64,000 bases of DNA from Cyanophora paradoxa CCMP329 (lineage: Eukaryota; Plantae; Glaucophyta), in contig QPMI01000005.1 in NCBI GenBank assembly GCA_004431415.1, forward strand, positions 806,001 through 870,000. The letters run 5' to 3'. Below the pieces are notes generated by a model. That model worked only from the letters and a program-made list of their open reading frames with translations, was not told where the DNA came from and searched no databases. Positions 13,123 to 26,000 of this stretch are shown here, piece by piece (within the stretch, counting starts at the first letter, position 1; each line of letters opens with the position of its first letter). Position numbers and translations under genes: made by a program.

Positions 13123-16100
13123 TTAAGGGGCCAGGATCCGGACCATGGAGGAGGAGTGGGGCGGGCGCGGGCCCGGGGCCCGGGCCCCGACCTTGGATGC
13201 TAGGGAGCGGGTCCGGGCCCCGGATTTGAAAGAAGTTATAAGCTCACAACGAAGCTTGAAGCTCTAAAGAAGTTTTGAAAGCCTCTAAAGAACCTAGGGC
13301 GGGGCGGGGCCGGCCCGGACCTCATTCTTAAGCTCACAAAGAAGTTGGAAGCCCTTATATATGAAGCTCTAAAGAAAGAAGTTTTGAAAGCTTCTCAAGG
13401 CCAAGGGCCTAGGGCGCGGACCTCAGAGGCGATCGCGAGGGAGCGGAGGGAGCGCCGGAGGGGCAGGCCGGCCGCCCCCGCCCCCGCCTCGGGCCCCGCC
13501 CCCGCGTACACGCCGTCCACACGCTGCGCGGAGAGATAAGGGTCGAGGCCCTAGGAGATAAGGGTAGAGGTCCTAGGGAAGTGGCAGTCATCGTATACGT
13601 AAGAGGCCGCCGCCCCGCCCAGGAGTCCTAAATCCTCTCCCCCACTCCCCCCCTGGGCGAGGGGGGAGTCCCTTTTCTCTCCGGGTACACGCCGTCTACC
13701 CGCTGCCCCCGCCCCGCCCTGCCCGCCCCCGTCAGCTAGCTAGCCTCACCTGAGAAGGCCCCGTCCCCTGCACCCTCCCGGATTCAATCCGCAAGCTGTC
13801 CTACCCCCAGGCCGCCTCCCTCCTTCTCCCCCCATCCCCTGGGGGGTACGGCACGCAGCACGCAGCACTCAGCTAGCCTCACCTGAGAGGGCCCCTCTCC
13901 CGTACCCCGCCGGAGTAGAAGGCACTATCCTATCCCCAGGGTCCTCCCCCCCCTCCTTCGCCCCCTCCCCCCTGGGGGGGTACGGCACGCACGGCGCCAA
14001 GGAGGGTCTCGAGGCGGAGGGAAAGCTCGCGGACCGTCGAGCGCCCGTTCATGCCCACCACGACCCGCGGGGGGTCCAGCGGCCTACGGAAGGAAGAAGC
14101 GGGGGGCGGTCAGGAGGCGAAGAAGATGGATGGATGGAAGATAAGGTGAGAGCATAAGCGAGTTAAGAAGGAAAACGTATTGGGTCGCGGCGTGGCGCGC
14201 GCGCCCTTCCTCTTCCCCTAGAAGTGATTACAGGAAGATAAAAGGGAAGAGGATCAAGACAGTTAGAAGATTATAAGAAATCAGAAGAATGAACGCGCAC
14301 CCTTCCTCCTCTCGTTTCCCTTCTTCCTGCGAGGACGCGGGCCGTGCCGGCGAGCGGCGGGCGGCGGGGGCGAGGCGCAGCTCCACGCGGCACTCGACCC
14401 GCTCCGCGTCCTTAGGAAGAAAAAGAAGAAGAAAAGGAGGGGTAAGCGAGCTTTCAAAAGGGGGGCGAGGGGGCGAGGCGGGGTTACCTCAAAGGCGCGG
14501 GCGAGGGCGCGGGGCGCCAGCACGCGGGGCGTCTGCGGCGGGGGCGGGAGGGGGTGAGGGGGGGGGGGGAAGGTCAGAGGCAGAGGGGGGGGGAAGGACC
14601 CCTTGCTGGGAGCGGCCCCCCCACCCAATTTCGCCTAGCGTGTTAGCCTCTTCGCTCTTATCTCCACTCTCTTCTTAGGCCTAGGCCTCGGATCGGAGGG
14701 CGGGGGCGGGAGCGGGTCTTCTCGGGTCTTGGCTCTTCTCTCAGCTCCGCCTCCTCAGGTCTTAGGATCGGAGGGGGGGGGGGAGTAGGGGGGGTACGCG
14801 CCTGGCCGGCGTCGTTCTCGCGCGTGAAGTCCGCCCCGAAGCGCAGCAGCAGCTGCACCAGCGCCTCCGCCACCTGCCCGCAGAGCTCAGGGCGGCGTAA
14901 CAGGCTTGAGAAAGAAATTTGCTCAGATAGGTCCGGCCAGGCAGGGAGGGGGTTGCCCCCCTCTCCACGCGCCGCTGTTTCCAGCGGCTCGGCCGGACCA
15001 TAGGCGTAACAGGCTTGAGGCTTAGGCGGCTGGAAGCTGGAGTCTACAGTGGAGCAGAATGGCGGTCCGCGCCGAGGCAGCGGGAGCGGCGGGGGGGGGG
15101 GTCGGGAGGAAAGCTTAGGGCGGCTGAGGCGCAAAGCGTGGGCGCGAAGCTAACAGAAGCTAAGCTGAGGAGCGGCTGCGTCGCCGCCTTCGTCCGCCAG
15201 CCCCCGCCCGCCGCGTAGCCTAACGGAAGCCGCCTAAGGCGGCTAGAAGCTAAAAGAAGCCGCCTAAGGCGCCTGATAGAAGCCAATGCGGCTTGAAGCT
15301 AATCTAGAAGCTAAGCTGAGGAGCGGCTACCGAAGCGCCTCCACCGCCTTCGTCCGGCGCCGCCACTCTTAGAGCGGAACAGGCTCGAAGCCAAGGTGGC
15401 TGAGGAGCTAAGCTTGGAGCGTATAGAAGCTGAGCAGAGGAGCGGCCGCCTTCCGCTCAGAGAGAAAGAGAGTCGAGTGGGAGGCAGCGGACGGGGCGGG
15501 TCGGGCGGGGAATGGCGGGAGCGGCGGCGGGCGGGGTGGGGCGGGGCGGAGCGGGACGGGAAGGGGCGGGAAGGGCGGGGCGGGGGGGGGGATGGGGGAG
15601 GGGGGGGCGGAAGGGGGGGGGGGGGCGGGCACCTTTGCCGGCATCTGGACGCTGCAGGCGTAGTGCAGCGCCGTGTTGCCCCCCGCGGCCTGCGCCAGGA
15701 GATGGCTCAGAGGGACAACGAGGTGGAAAGGAGGGGGGAGGGGAGGGGGAGGAGGGCGCGGGGGAGGGGGAGGGGGGAGGAGGGCGCGGGGGAGGGGGAA
15801 GGGGCGGAGGGGGAGGGGGGAGGGGGGAGGGGGAGGGGTGGAGGGGGGAGGGGGAGGGGGGAGGGGGGGGAACGGGCGTAGGAAAAAGCTGTTAGATAGA
15901 AAGCTAGAAGGCTATTAGAGGGCCATTCGATATCACAATCTTGAAGCTACAGACAACGACATTAGATATCGTTGGGATATCTAAAATCGTTGACAACGAA
16001 GCCGGCGCCGGCGTATAGAGAGAGAGAAAGCTATAGAAAGCTGGAAAGCTAGACCTAGCTTCATTTGATGGAGAGCTAGAGACCGATATATAATAGTTTT

Positions 16101-18832
16101 CGAAGCTGCCGGAGGGGGCACCTGGAAGTCGAAGTCGGCGCCGGCGTCGAGGAGGGCCCGAGCGGCGTCTAGGTGACCCCCGATCACCGCCAGCTGGGAG
16201 GGGAGTAAGGGGCGTAAGCAGAAAGCTAAGGCTGGGGGGAAGGGGGGGTACCTGGAGGGCGGACTGGCGGCCCTCCCCCCACGCGTCCGGGTTCGCCTGC
16301 CCGGGTACGTCAGTCCCGTGATTATTCTCGTACCCCTGCAAGGGGTCTGTCCGTTCGAGGAAAGGACGGGATGGCGTACCCCCGCGTCGAGGAGGACGCC
16401 GAGGATCTCGCGGTACCCCTTCTGGGCCGCGATCAGAAGGGCGGTAGCCCCCGACACGAACTGTCGGTCCACCTCCGCTGCGGCGAAAGGTTGGCGAGGG
16501 GGGTACGGGGCAGCCGGGGGGTACGGGTAGGGACCGCCGCGGGACAGGAGGAGACGAACGGTCGAGAGACGACCGTACTCAGCCGCGACGTAAAGCGGCG
16601 TGGCGCCCTGTACCCCCCTCAGCGACGCGGAGGATCCGCGAGGGGGGTACGCTCGCCTCGCGGGTGGCGACGTGGACGGCGCCCGGGGACGCGTCGAGGA
16701 GCACGCGAGCGGCGGCGGCCTCGCCGGCGCGAGCCGCAACGAAGACCGGCGTCTCGCCCACGGCCGACCTGCGCCGATTCCAGAGTCGGGAGGGGAAGGG
16801 GGTACGGGCGGAAGGGGGGCGGGGGTACGCGCACGGCAGGTCCGCCGTGGCGTTCGCCGCGAGGAGCGCCTGCGGGGGGTACAGGTACAGGATAAGGAAA
16901 AGGAGGAGCCGACGGGTACGGGGCGCGCGCCTTGATAAGTTCGGCGAGGCCGGCTCCCGCGGCGATGTGGAGGGCCGCGTACCCCCCCGCCCCCGCGATA
17001 TCCGGGTCCGCCCCCATCTGAGCGTCGCCTCAGATCAGATCAGAACTGATCTGATGCGATCTGATCTGAGCCGGGGGGGGGTACGGCGCACGTCCAGGAG
17101 GAGGCGGACCAACGCCTCATGCCTGTTCTCGACGGCGATCACGAGCGGCGAGGCCCCCGAGCGACCGTACCGCCTGCGGGGGGCGTCGGGGAGGGGTACA
17201 GGAGGGAGGGAGGAGAAGGGGGGTACGCACGCGTCCACGCGGGCGCCGCAGTCCTCCGCCAGTACCCGTACCACGTCGAAGTGGCCCGCCTCCGCCCTAA
17301 GGGGGTACCGGACTCAACGGAAGAGAGCCGGCAAGGGAAGCGGGGGTACGGCGCACGCGTAGTAGATGGCGGTAGCCCCCTCCCCCGAAGGGGCCTCAAC
17401 GTCCGCCCCGTGATCGCAGAGGGCCTGCCAAGGGGTACGTTAGACCGAGGGGAGGGGTACGGGACCCTTGTGGGGGGGGACGCACGATGACGGCGATGAG
17501 GTGTCCACCCTTCGCGGCGACGTGGAGCGGGCGCAATCGCGTGGCGGGGTCCACATAGTCCACCTGGAGGGGTGTACGCGCTCATGATCAAACGCGCGTG
17601 CAAAAAGAGAGAGAAGGCGAAAGGAGGTGCGAACGTAGGCGGCGGGTCGGCTCTTGTCGGGTTGGAGGTACGCCGCAACTCTGCGCACGTCGCCCCGAAC
17701 CGCTGCGGCGAAAAGCTCCGCGCTCGAGCGCGCCTCCTCCCTGGGTAAAGCGTGAGAACTGGGGAAAGGGAGAAAGGAGGGCAGGCGGGTACCGGGTGAG
17801 CTGCTTGGTGCGGTCCTGGGCAGGGCGGGGCGCCCCCACCCCGCCCGGCCCGTTCAAAAGGGCGTCCTCAACGGAAGAAGGCGGCGGTTCCCGCCCCGCC
17901 GCCTCCGCCCGAGCCGCCATCGACCTCGCCCGTACCCGTGCCCGGATCGCCGAGGCGACGTACCCCTCCGGGTCCAGCTCGTGCTCGTCCAGCCGCTCGG
18001 TACCCGGGGCCGCCTCCCCCCACCGGGGTACGTCGTGCGCCCGCCTCCGCTTGCCCCCGGGGCTGCCGTGCGAGCGATTCGGCGAGGAGCGGGACCGGGG
18101 AAAGAGGCGGGGGGAGAAGGGGGGGGGGGTACATTGCCATGTAGACGATGAGGGCCAACGCTCCCAGGGTAAGGAGGACCAGACCCAGGGTTCCGGCGTG
18201 CTTCGAGATACCCCCCCGCCACTGCGCGGGGCGTCGGCGGGGGCGGAGGACGCTTGCGAAGGGGGGGGGGGGGGGGGGGGTACGGGCGCACGCGGGACCG
18301 GGGGGGCTCCCGGTCCGACGCGAGCCGCGCGCGAGCGCGCTGCAGCTGCGCGTGGTGTGCTGAAAGGTTCTCGAGTCGCCTGTCGAGCTGCCGCGCCTTC
18401 GAATCGGACACGAAGCGGCGGCGGACGCCGCCGGCGCCGCCGGCGGAGCGCGCGACAAGCTGCGGAATGAGCTGCCGCAGGCTGAATGACGGGTGCAGGT
18501 TCTCCATCGGGGCGCGGCACGTCGGGCAGAGCGGCGCCCGCCCCGTGTCCCGTTCGAGGTACCGGACGGTACACTGCACGGCGGCGTCAGCGGGCTGCTT
18601 GTGACGGGCGGCGCTCGCTTTTCACTCCGAGAAAGAGAAGCGAACGAGCGGAAAGTGCACCTCGGCACAGTACGCGTGGCCTGCGCACGCGCGGGCTCGT
18701 CACGCACCGCGTGTTCCGCGGCGGGGCGGAGGGCGGACCGCAGACGGACTCCACGGCAGCGTCGAGAACGTCGAGGCATATTGGGCAGTGCATGCTGTCG
18801 AGCGCCATCGGGGCGGCCGCAGGTTCTGCCAT
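13123..18832 (-). CDS. Multi-exon protein: C3HC4 RING finger, one hydrophobic/TM segment, ~9-10 ankyrin repeats, short C-terminal domain; putative E3 ligase
   Basis: Spliced RING: CPIC..VCG|HAYCAE|C..CPTC. Hydrophobic TLGLVLLTLGALALIVYMAI splices in frame to PGGKRRR. Ankyrin exons: ELFAAAVRGD, RPLHVAAKGGH, GASPLVIAVENRH, AALHIAAGAG, GETPVFVAARAG, GATPLYVAAEYGR, GATALLIAAQKGY, GNTALHYAC. The 3'-most exons and the stop are less certain. Confidence 0.8.
13733..13992. repeat. ~130-bp tandem duplication inside an intron of the ankyrin gene, including the splice-donor region
   Basis: Two diverged copies of agctagcctcacctgaga.ggcccc...cccctggggggtacggcacgca (13733-13858 and 13870-13992). Confidence 0.7.
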
Positions 18833-19003
18833 GGAGCGCGTAGCGCGAACCCCGCCGCCCGTCGATTCGCTCCAAGACGCTAGCGCAACGGCCTGGGCGT
18901 GCTCTGACTCGAGCCTCTGAGCCGCCTCGGGCGCGTGCGCGTGCCGCTCCTGGGAAGCTGCGCCCAAGAGAGTCGAACCCCCGGGACGAGGGACGGGCCT
19001 TAT

Positions 19004-19570
19004 GAATTCGGGAACTTAAGCGAAACTTCGGTGATAAGTTCCCGGATTCGGGAACTTAAGAGAAACTTCGGTGTTAAGTTCCCGGATCCGGGAACTTAAG
19101 CGAAACTTCGGTGTTAAGTTCCCGGATTCGGGAACTTAAGCGAAACTCTGGAATTAAGTTCCCGGATCCGGGAACTTAAGCGAAACTTCGGCGTTAAGTT
19201 CCCGGATTCGGGAACTTACGCGAAACTCTGGAATTAAGTTCCCGGATTCGGGAACTTAAGCGAAACTTCGGCGTTAAGTTCCCGGATTCGGGAACTAAAG
19301 CGAAACTCTGGTATTAAGTTCCCGGATTCCGAAGTTCGGGACATCCATAAGTGAATTCGCACACACCGAGACAAATGGCTAAAGCTGTAACTGAGGTGTC
19401 CATCTGTGTCAAGTCGAGAGATAAACCTACGGGACTAAGCCTTTCGGATATCGGACCGGGTGGAGCTCGATTTCCCGGATTCGGGAACTTGAGCGAAACT
19501 TCGGTGTTAAGTTCCCGGATTCGGGAACTTAAGCGAAACTCTGGTGTTAAGTTCCCGGATTCGGGAACTT
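19004..19570. repeat. 40-bp palindromic minisatellite (8 units, ~140-bp interruption, ~2.5 units)
   Basis: Unit GGGAACTTAAGCGAAACT(TCGGTG/CTGGAA)TTAAGTTCCCGGATTC at 40-bp spacing from 19010. Each unit contains the inverted repeat GGGAACTTAA/TTAAGTTCCC. Confidence 0.95.
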
Positions 19571-21567
19571 CGCGCCCTCGCGCCCGGCCCGCCGGGCCCA
19601 CAGCTCCGGGCCCGCGGCCAGGCTCACGGGGGTCCAGGCACCGTCCAGCGCGCGAGCATCATACATATATGCCGCCGCCGCCGCGCCGCGGCGCGCGGCC
19701 CGCCGGGATTCATATGCATCATGGCATATGCATGCGCCTAGGCCTTGCGCATGCACATGGAGCTTCAAGGGGTTTCGAGCCTCGGAGCTTCCGAAGTTCC
19801 ACGGAAACGGCAGACATCGATCGGAGCTCGCGATCGAGCTCGAGCTCGCAGCTGCAGCTGATCATGATCGAAGCATGAGTACATGCTCTGCAGCTGCACT
19901 GCGGCAGCTGATCATGCATATGGGTGCTGCAGCTAATTAAACGGCGATCGCGATCGCCACCATGCGCACTAGTACTGCGGCAGGACCGTCGGACACTCAG
20001 TGACTGTGACATGTTCAGTCGCGGCCGGCCGCGGCGCACGCCTCGAGCTCATGATCGTGATCCTGCAGCTGGAGCGGCGCAGGCGCCCGGCCGTACGCGT
20101 AGTCACACTGAGTACGTCGCGTACGCGTACGCGTATACCTCGTAGGTAACTTAGTAACGAGCGAGGTGCCGCAGTGCGCACGTGCCACGGTGGGCTAGCA
20201 CTGCACGCGTACGCTAGCGCTAGCGCTAGATCTCCCCTCAAGCTCGACCTATACATGTACATGTCTGATCATGATCATGAGCCTGCATTGCATGAGGCCG
20301 CGCCATCTTAACGCCGGCGCTGTTCAACGATTCGATCTTTCTTTCTTTCTCAGCAGCTTTCTTTCTTCACACTAGTACTACACTGTGACAGATCTACGTA
20401 TACTAGTACTTTGCCAAAGCCGGCGCGTTCACGTGCACATGTTCACGCCCTGGGCAAATTTGAAGCTGATCATGAGAAAGCACACATAAACTTGAAAAAT
20501 CGTGAACTTGGAAGCATGGGGCGACGGAGCCGGACCCGGGACTCCGGGATCGTCATTATAACTGATATCGATGCACTGATAAGAGCTCGAGTGTCACGAT
20601 GACATGTGTACCTGCACATGCACATATTCTGTTCGGTACGGCCCGATTAAACTAGGGGGAGCGATTGGCGAGAGACCGAAGCGCTTAACACGAGCTAGTA
20701 CGCATCTTAATGCATATCCAATGCTCAGTCTCTCGCGGACGCGGTACAAAAATTTCCTAGATGAATGGCCATACAAAGGCGACGACGAAAAGGCCAGTTT
20801 CGCGGCGAGCTAGCCGGCTAGCAGTGCGCCCGGCCGGCGTCTTATTGCCCCAGCGTTCGAGTCCCGGGAAGGGCAGTTGGGGGGAGCGGGGGGGCCTGGG
20901 CGGGCCTTGAGCTGCCGGGGCGCAGCGACCTCGAGGTCGCTTTCCGCAGTCCGGGGGATCAGCTCCGAGGCCAACTTTCGCGCGGCGAGCTTCTGGCGGG
21001 AGACCAAAAATGTTTTTCATCTCGGCTGATCTAAAATGCACTTCCTACCTGCCCGGTCTCGCGCCAGTCACTCGCTGTGCTCCGCTTTAATTTCGGCCGG
21101 GACTTTGAACTCGCGGAAAAGGGTCTAGAAAGACGAACTTCGGAAGGCTGGGAAGCAGTGGGAACTGTTTTTAGAAGACGAAGAAAAAACAGCCTTCCCG
21201 GTACCCGGTATCCACTCCGACTCCTCCAGTACCCGGTACTTTAAAATTCGATTCGCTCCCCCGTCGCTCGAGCCGCCGCCGGGCCGGCCAACCGGCGGGG
21301 CCGGGCCGCGCGCGCGGGCCCCGCCGCGGCTCCCGCGGGCGGCGCGGGGTTGCGGGTCCCGGCCGGGGCCGGCCCGGCAGCCGCCGGGCCAGCGGCCGGC
21401 GGCCCGGCGCCGCGCGCGGCGCGCCGCAACCGCCGGGCGCACGGCGGCGGCGCGGCGCGGCCGCGCGGGGGCCGCCAGCCTGGCGCCAGGCCGGGGTCGG
21501 GGTCCGGGGGTACAAGGTAGAAGCTTAAGAGGTACGCGTCACGGCGTGCACGAGCCTGAGCCTACTA

Positions 21568-21829
21568 CCGTAGGGCACTTAAGTACCGCGGGCACTTAAC
21601 TAACGCGGTACCAAATTAACGCGCCAAAAGTTTGTTAAAACGCGGTAATTTGGTGCCGCGGTAATTTGCTGCTGAGAGCTCGCCCCATACAGTACCCCAT
21701 CGAATTACTGCCCCATGCAAGCCTCAAATTTTTAAAACCGCGTTGATTTGGTACCGCGGTATTTCGCTCAGAGGAGTGCCATTTTTGAAACCGCGTTAAT
21801 TAACGCCGCAGTAATTTAGTGCCCGACGG
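21568..21829. mobile_element. MITE, Tc1/mariner (Tc2/pogo-like) type
   Basis: TA on both flanks. TIRs CCGTAGGGCACTTAAGTACCGCGG and (revcomp) CCGTCGGGCACTAAATTACTGCGG. 262 bp, non-coding, internal ccgcggtaattt-like repeats. Confidence 0.8.
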
Positions 21830-23008
21830 TAGGCTACTACTAGCCTAATACGCCACTAATTCGCCACTACTAGTAATACGGTACGAAATCGACGCGGGCA
21901 GTGCGCATGCGCAGTGCGCAGTGCGCACTGGCAGCGGCACTGCGCATGCGCAGCTGCCGCAGTGCAGACTGCAGTGCAGTACTAGTCGAACTTCGAACTT
22001 CGAAGCCTTGAAGCCGCAGCTGCACTGAGCCTGCAGGCTGCGCCGCTGCAGTGCATGCAGTTTGCTGGACTAGCTTTAATTTAGGACTAGCTCCCGGTAC
22101 AGGCCCCGAGTCCCGACTCTCGGCGACTCCCGAGTCCAGAGGGCTACGCGGCCTGCGCCAAATGCAACGTTGACTCGCCGCCAAGTCGCCGAGTTGCCGC
22201 CGAACGCGCAGGGCGAGCTGGAGCGCGGCGAGCTGGATTTGAGGAGCACGCGGCCGCGGGCGAGTCAGCTTTCTTTCTTATATATATTGCTTCGCGCTGT
22301 GTATACGTATCTTCTCAATCATCAGCTGCAGGCTGCAGCTTCACCTAGCGGGCCTGCCTGGCGGCTCCGAGGCTCGCTTTATGATCAACCTTTTTTGTAG
22401 CACTGCCGCAGAGCAGTATCGAAATTGAGCTGGCAGCTGCAGCCTGGTAGCTAAGCCTGAATTCCAGCAGCTCGGTGGCTCCGAGGCTCCAGCCGCGGGC
22501 CCAGCGTGGGATCTGGAGCCGCGGCCGCTAGTTTAGAGTCTTGAGACTCCGGGATCCGGATCCGCGGCCGAAACTTGGGGAGTCCGCGGCCGGCGAACGC
22601 GTCCGACGGTCTGTTGGCTGCACGGCACGAGCTCAAGCCAGGCTCGTTCTCACAGCTTCAATTTGCAGCTTGCGCGTGCCGTACACGCAGCTTGCCCTCT
22701 CTGCAGCTGCCCCCGGCCCAGGCCCGGGGCCCCGCGGCCGGGTGGCCTCCAGCGGAGCTGCGCATGCTCACGTGAATGTTAAGCGTGTATACTTATACGA
22801 ACGCAGCTGCATATATATTCACAGCTGCATGTAGGTGTATGCTCGTAAGCAGCTTTAGTACTGCAGCTGCGGGAGCTTTCCAAAGATGAGGTCTCTATGT
22901 TCCCATAATATTTATGCATTTGGCGGCGCCGGCAGCAGCTGCAGTTCGTTGCATCGGCGACCGATCGCTCGTTCGTATAGACGGGACGGCCGCCGGGGCT
23001 GGATACCG

Positions 23009-26000
23009 ATGGCAAGAGTCCTGGCTGGATATCGATGCCTCATTCTTGTTCTTGCTTCCAGCCTCCTTGACATCTCCAGCACCGTGTCCAATGGTGTGTT
23101 CCATTCAGATTCCATGCAGTGCATACGCATATGCTTTGGGTGCTCCTTCTCTGTATGCTGCCGCTGAGTATGCATCGGCGCAGGTTTCTCGATCGACACC
23201 GGCTTGGCGGATGGGCCCAAGGAGATTCTTTTTGCCGTGCGTGAAGCGCACATGTCATCATTTATTTGTTTTTGATCTTCGAACATCAATTATAATGTCC
23301 ATGGTCTGCAGACCCCTCTGTCTGGGCAGGACATGGGAAATCGAGAGCCTTCCCGCCGGCTTGGCGTTCTGGCCCGCTCGTCCAGCGGGACGATGGTCTA
23401 TTGCGACCTGGACCTGGTCCGTACTTTCACCGCCGGGCTACGCTGACAGATCATCGGATCTAGAGATATCACCGCTCATGTGCATATGTGTGACGCTCGC
23501 ACGTGGGATTGCAGGATCAAGACCGCTGCAGTTTCACTAGACCCTTCTCGTCCGTGAGTGCACTTTCTGTTTACTTGCACAATTGCAACTTGGCAAATTG
23601 CCTTTACCCTAATGCCGCGCTCCCCCCATCGGACGCGACACAGCTGGGGCCACTCGCCGGCTCGTCCCTCGCGCCCATCGAGTTCGCATACACATCGTAC
23701 ACCCCCTTCCCGGGCTGGGTGCGCGCCGTCTAGATCTGTGCAGTCGAAGCCTAACAAGAGCTCATAAACTTCAAATCAGCATCACTCGGACGCTAACATG
23801 CATCTTGCGCCCCTCCGGATCCTTGCCCCCAGGACGTCGACGTCCGCTCCCGGGCTGGCGACGGGAACTTTTACAAGTCGCCAGCCACGTGGGCCGACCA
23901 GACCTTCTCTCGCACCTCGGTCGGCTCGGCGCTTATCGGCGCAGCCGGTGGGAAATACACGACGACGTGTTACGGCAAGCTCTTCACCTTATCTGCTGCA
24001 TTTCGCGCTGATTCTAGCGCTGGAGAAATTGCTCACACGGCCGCGGGGATTACGTCCAGGGTCCTCTCCCCCTGGCTCTTACAGCTCGCACCGGTGGTGC
24101 AACGTCTGGATCGCGCACAACTGGTTCTCTTTCGCGTACTCGGGCTGCTTGCGCTGCTGCAAGGTTCGCATATCTCGGGCAGAGCAAATTCAGCATATGC
24201 GTGCTTATAATCAGTTGCATCTCGCCCGCAGTCCGACGGCTCTTATTACGAGAACGTCGACACGTGGCCCGCCGAAGTCTGCACAGCCGACCCCTGGCGC
24301 TTCATCCAGGTCGGCCGGAACTTTTCAGCGGATGAACGGTCCGTCGCGTGCACGTGTGTGCGCTGCTTTCCCATGAAAACCAATCCTTCTTTGCCTCAGC
24401 TGGCTTTACACGACTTGGGGCCGAGAGATCTACCTCCTGAATGCCGCGACGGCATCCGCCCAATTCGAGTCCTTCGACTGGACGGGCGCCCTTGGTAAGC
24501 AATCCAGCACATTTTTATAATGCCATTGTCTTGGCGCGTAAGTGATCATGAAAAGGTAAAGAATTTGTCGCTAATGGGATATATATTGTGTACGTAGGGA
24601 CGATATTCATGGTTGATGTGTCGGCCAGCAGTTCTACAGGCTCCATGATTCATGTACGCCTCGCATGAACCAGCTTGCAATACACATTGCAAGCACATCG
24701 CTCCGTTATAATTAAATGCTCCACTGCAGCTGATGATTAAACTGATCCGCTCGCAGGCGGAAGCGCTAGGGTATGGCATGCGCAACGATCGTGGGGTAGA
24801 CCTCTCTCTGAAATCGCTCTACACATTCGACACAAACGCGGCCCTCGGCTGCCCCATTTGTTCGCCCAACTGCAGCTGCAGCCCCCGTGAAATATTCGCC
24901 GCAGATCCTAGAGGAGGCTGAAGGTCCGGCGCGCAGGGAATGACGAAGGAGCGAGCGCGGCCATGATGCACGATGTTCAAATGTTTGCTTTTTGGCAGGT
25001 AATACACGCGCATTCATGATTTGTGTCTGTATTGACAATCAGCATCCGAGCGCCTGCTGACCTTCTTTTCTTTTCTTCATCTTAAAGCGAGGGGTGGCGT
25101 ACTTCGCGTCGTACGTGCGGTACCCCGACAACGCCGTCGTGCCCCGCATCCGCCTCTGCCACTTCGGCGGATCCGTCGAGCTTCCCATCGAAGCGAATCT
25201 CGCATCGTTGGCGCCCTTCGGGTACTCGAATGTCGGCTCCGCTATGTACAAGTCCACATCGTTCGTCACAACAACGTTGATTATTTAAATGACCTCTGGT
25301 ATGTCTGATGGTTGTAATTGTGTGCAGGTGGCCCACAAACGCAGAGGCGATCCCGCCGGGCGCCGTCGCGCATGCGATGGCAGCCGACGGCCGCGTGGAG
25401 GCCGGCGGGCCCCTCATCTACCACGCCATCCTCCGCACCCCGTTCTTCCCCACGTCCGCCTGCCCCACCGACCTCAACCGCGGCCTCTCGTGCCCCACGG
25501 ACGTCAAGCACGTCATCGCCCGATGGAAGTTCGCCGTCGACACGGCCTCCCGCACGGCGCAGCTGCTGGGCGCGCCGGCCGTGATCGCCACGCGGACCGT
25601 GCACTGGCGCGACACTTGGGTGCTGCAGAACGAAGTCCCAGGGTCCGCCGGGCCCGGTTTCGGAGTGCGTGGACGTTTCATTGCATGCCGTCGCTCTGCA
25701 TCGTATGCACGTGACGACCAGCTCCTGACGCACACCGCGGCACTGCAAACAGGCACTGGAAGGGAAGTGGGTCGAGGGCCGACGCTACTCGTTCTACGTG
25801 CTGGGCGACGAGGTCGTCCGCTTCGCCCGCCCCGGCGCCTTCGAGTCGGGCATCGGCGGCGTCGAGAGCGGCCGCATCCGCCTCGAGCCGGAGGGCTGGT
25901 CCCCCTCCGTGCAGGGCGGCTGGTACTCGGTCTCCGCGGCGGCGTACAAGAGCGGTTCTCTGTTTATTGTGCGCGAGCACCACACGACGAGCAATACGAG

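Noticed and set aside
15480-15880. G-quadruplex regulatory element (also the G-runs at ~11410 and ~12750)
   Set aside because: Low-complexity G/C tracts are common throughout the window, homopolymer lengths are unreliable, and nothing indicates function.
19004-19570. CRISPR array
   Set aside because: The putative spacers are only two or three near-identical 14-bp variants, there are no cas genes, and the context is eukaryotic.
20411-20813. Possible protein-coding relic (..KNFLDEWPYKGDDEK..)
   Set aside because: Short and fragmented, with no motif I can assign.
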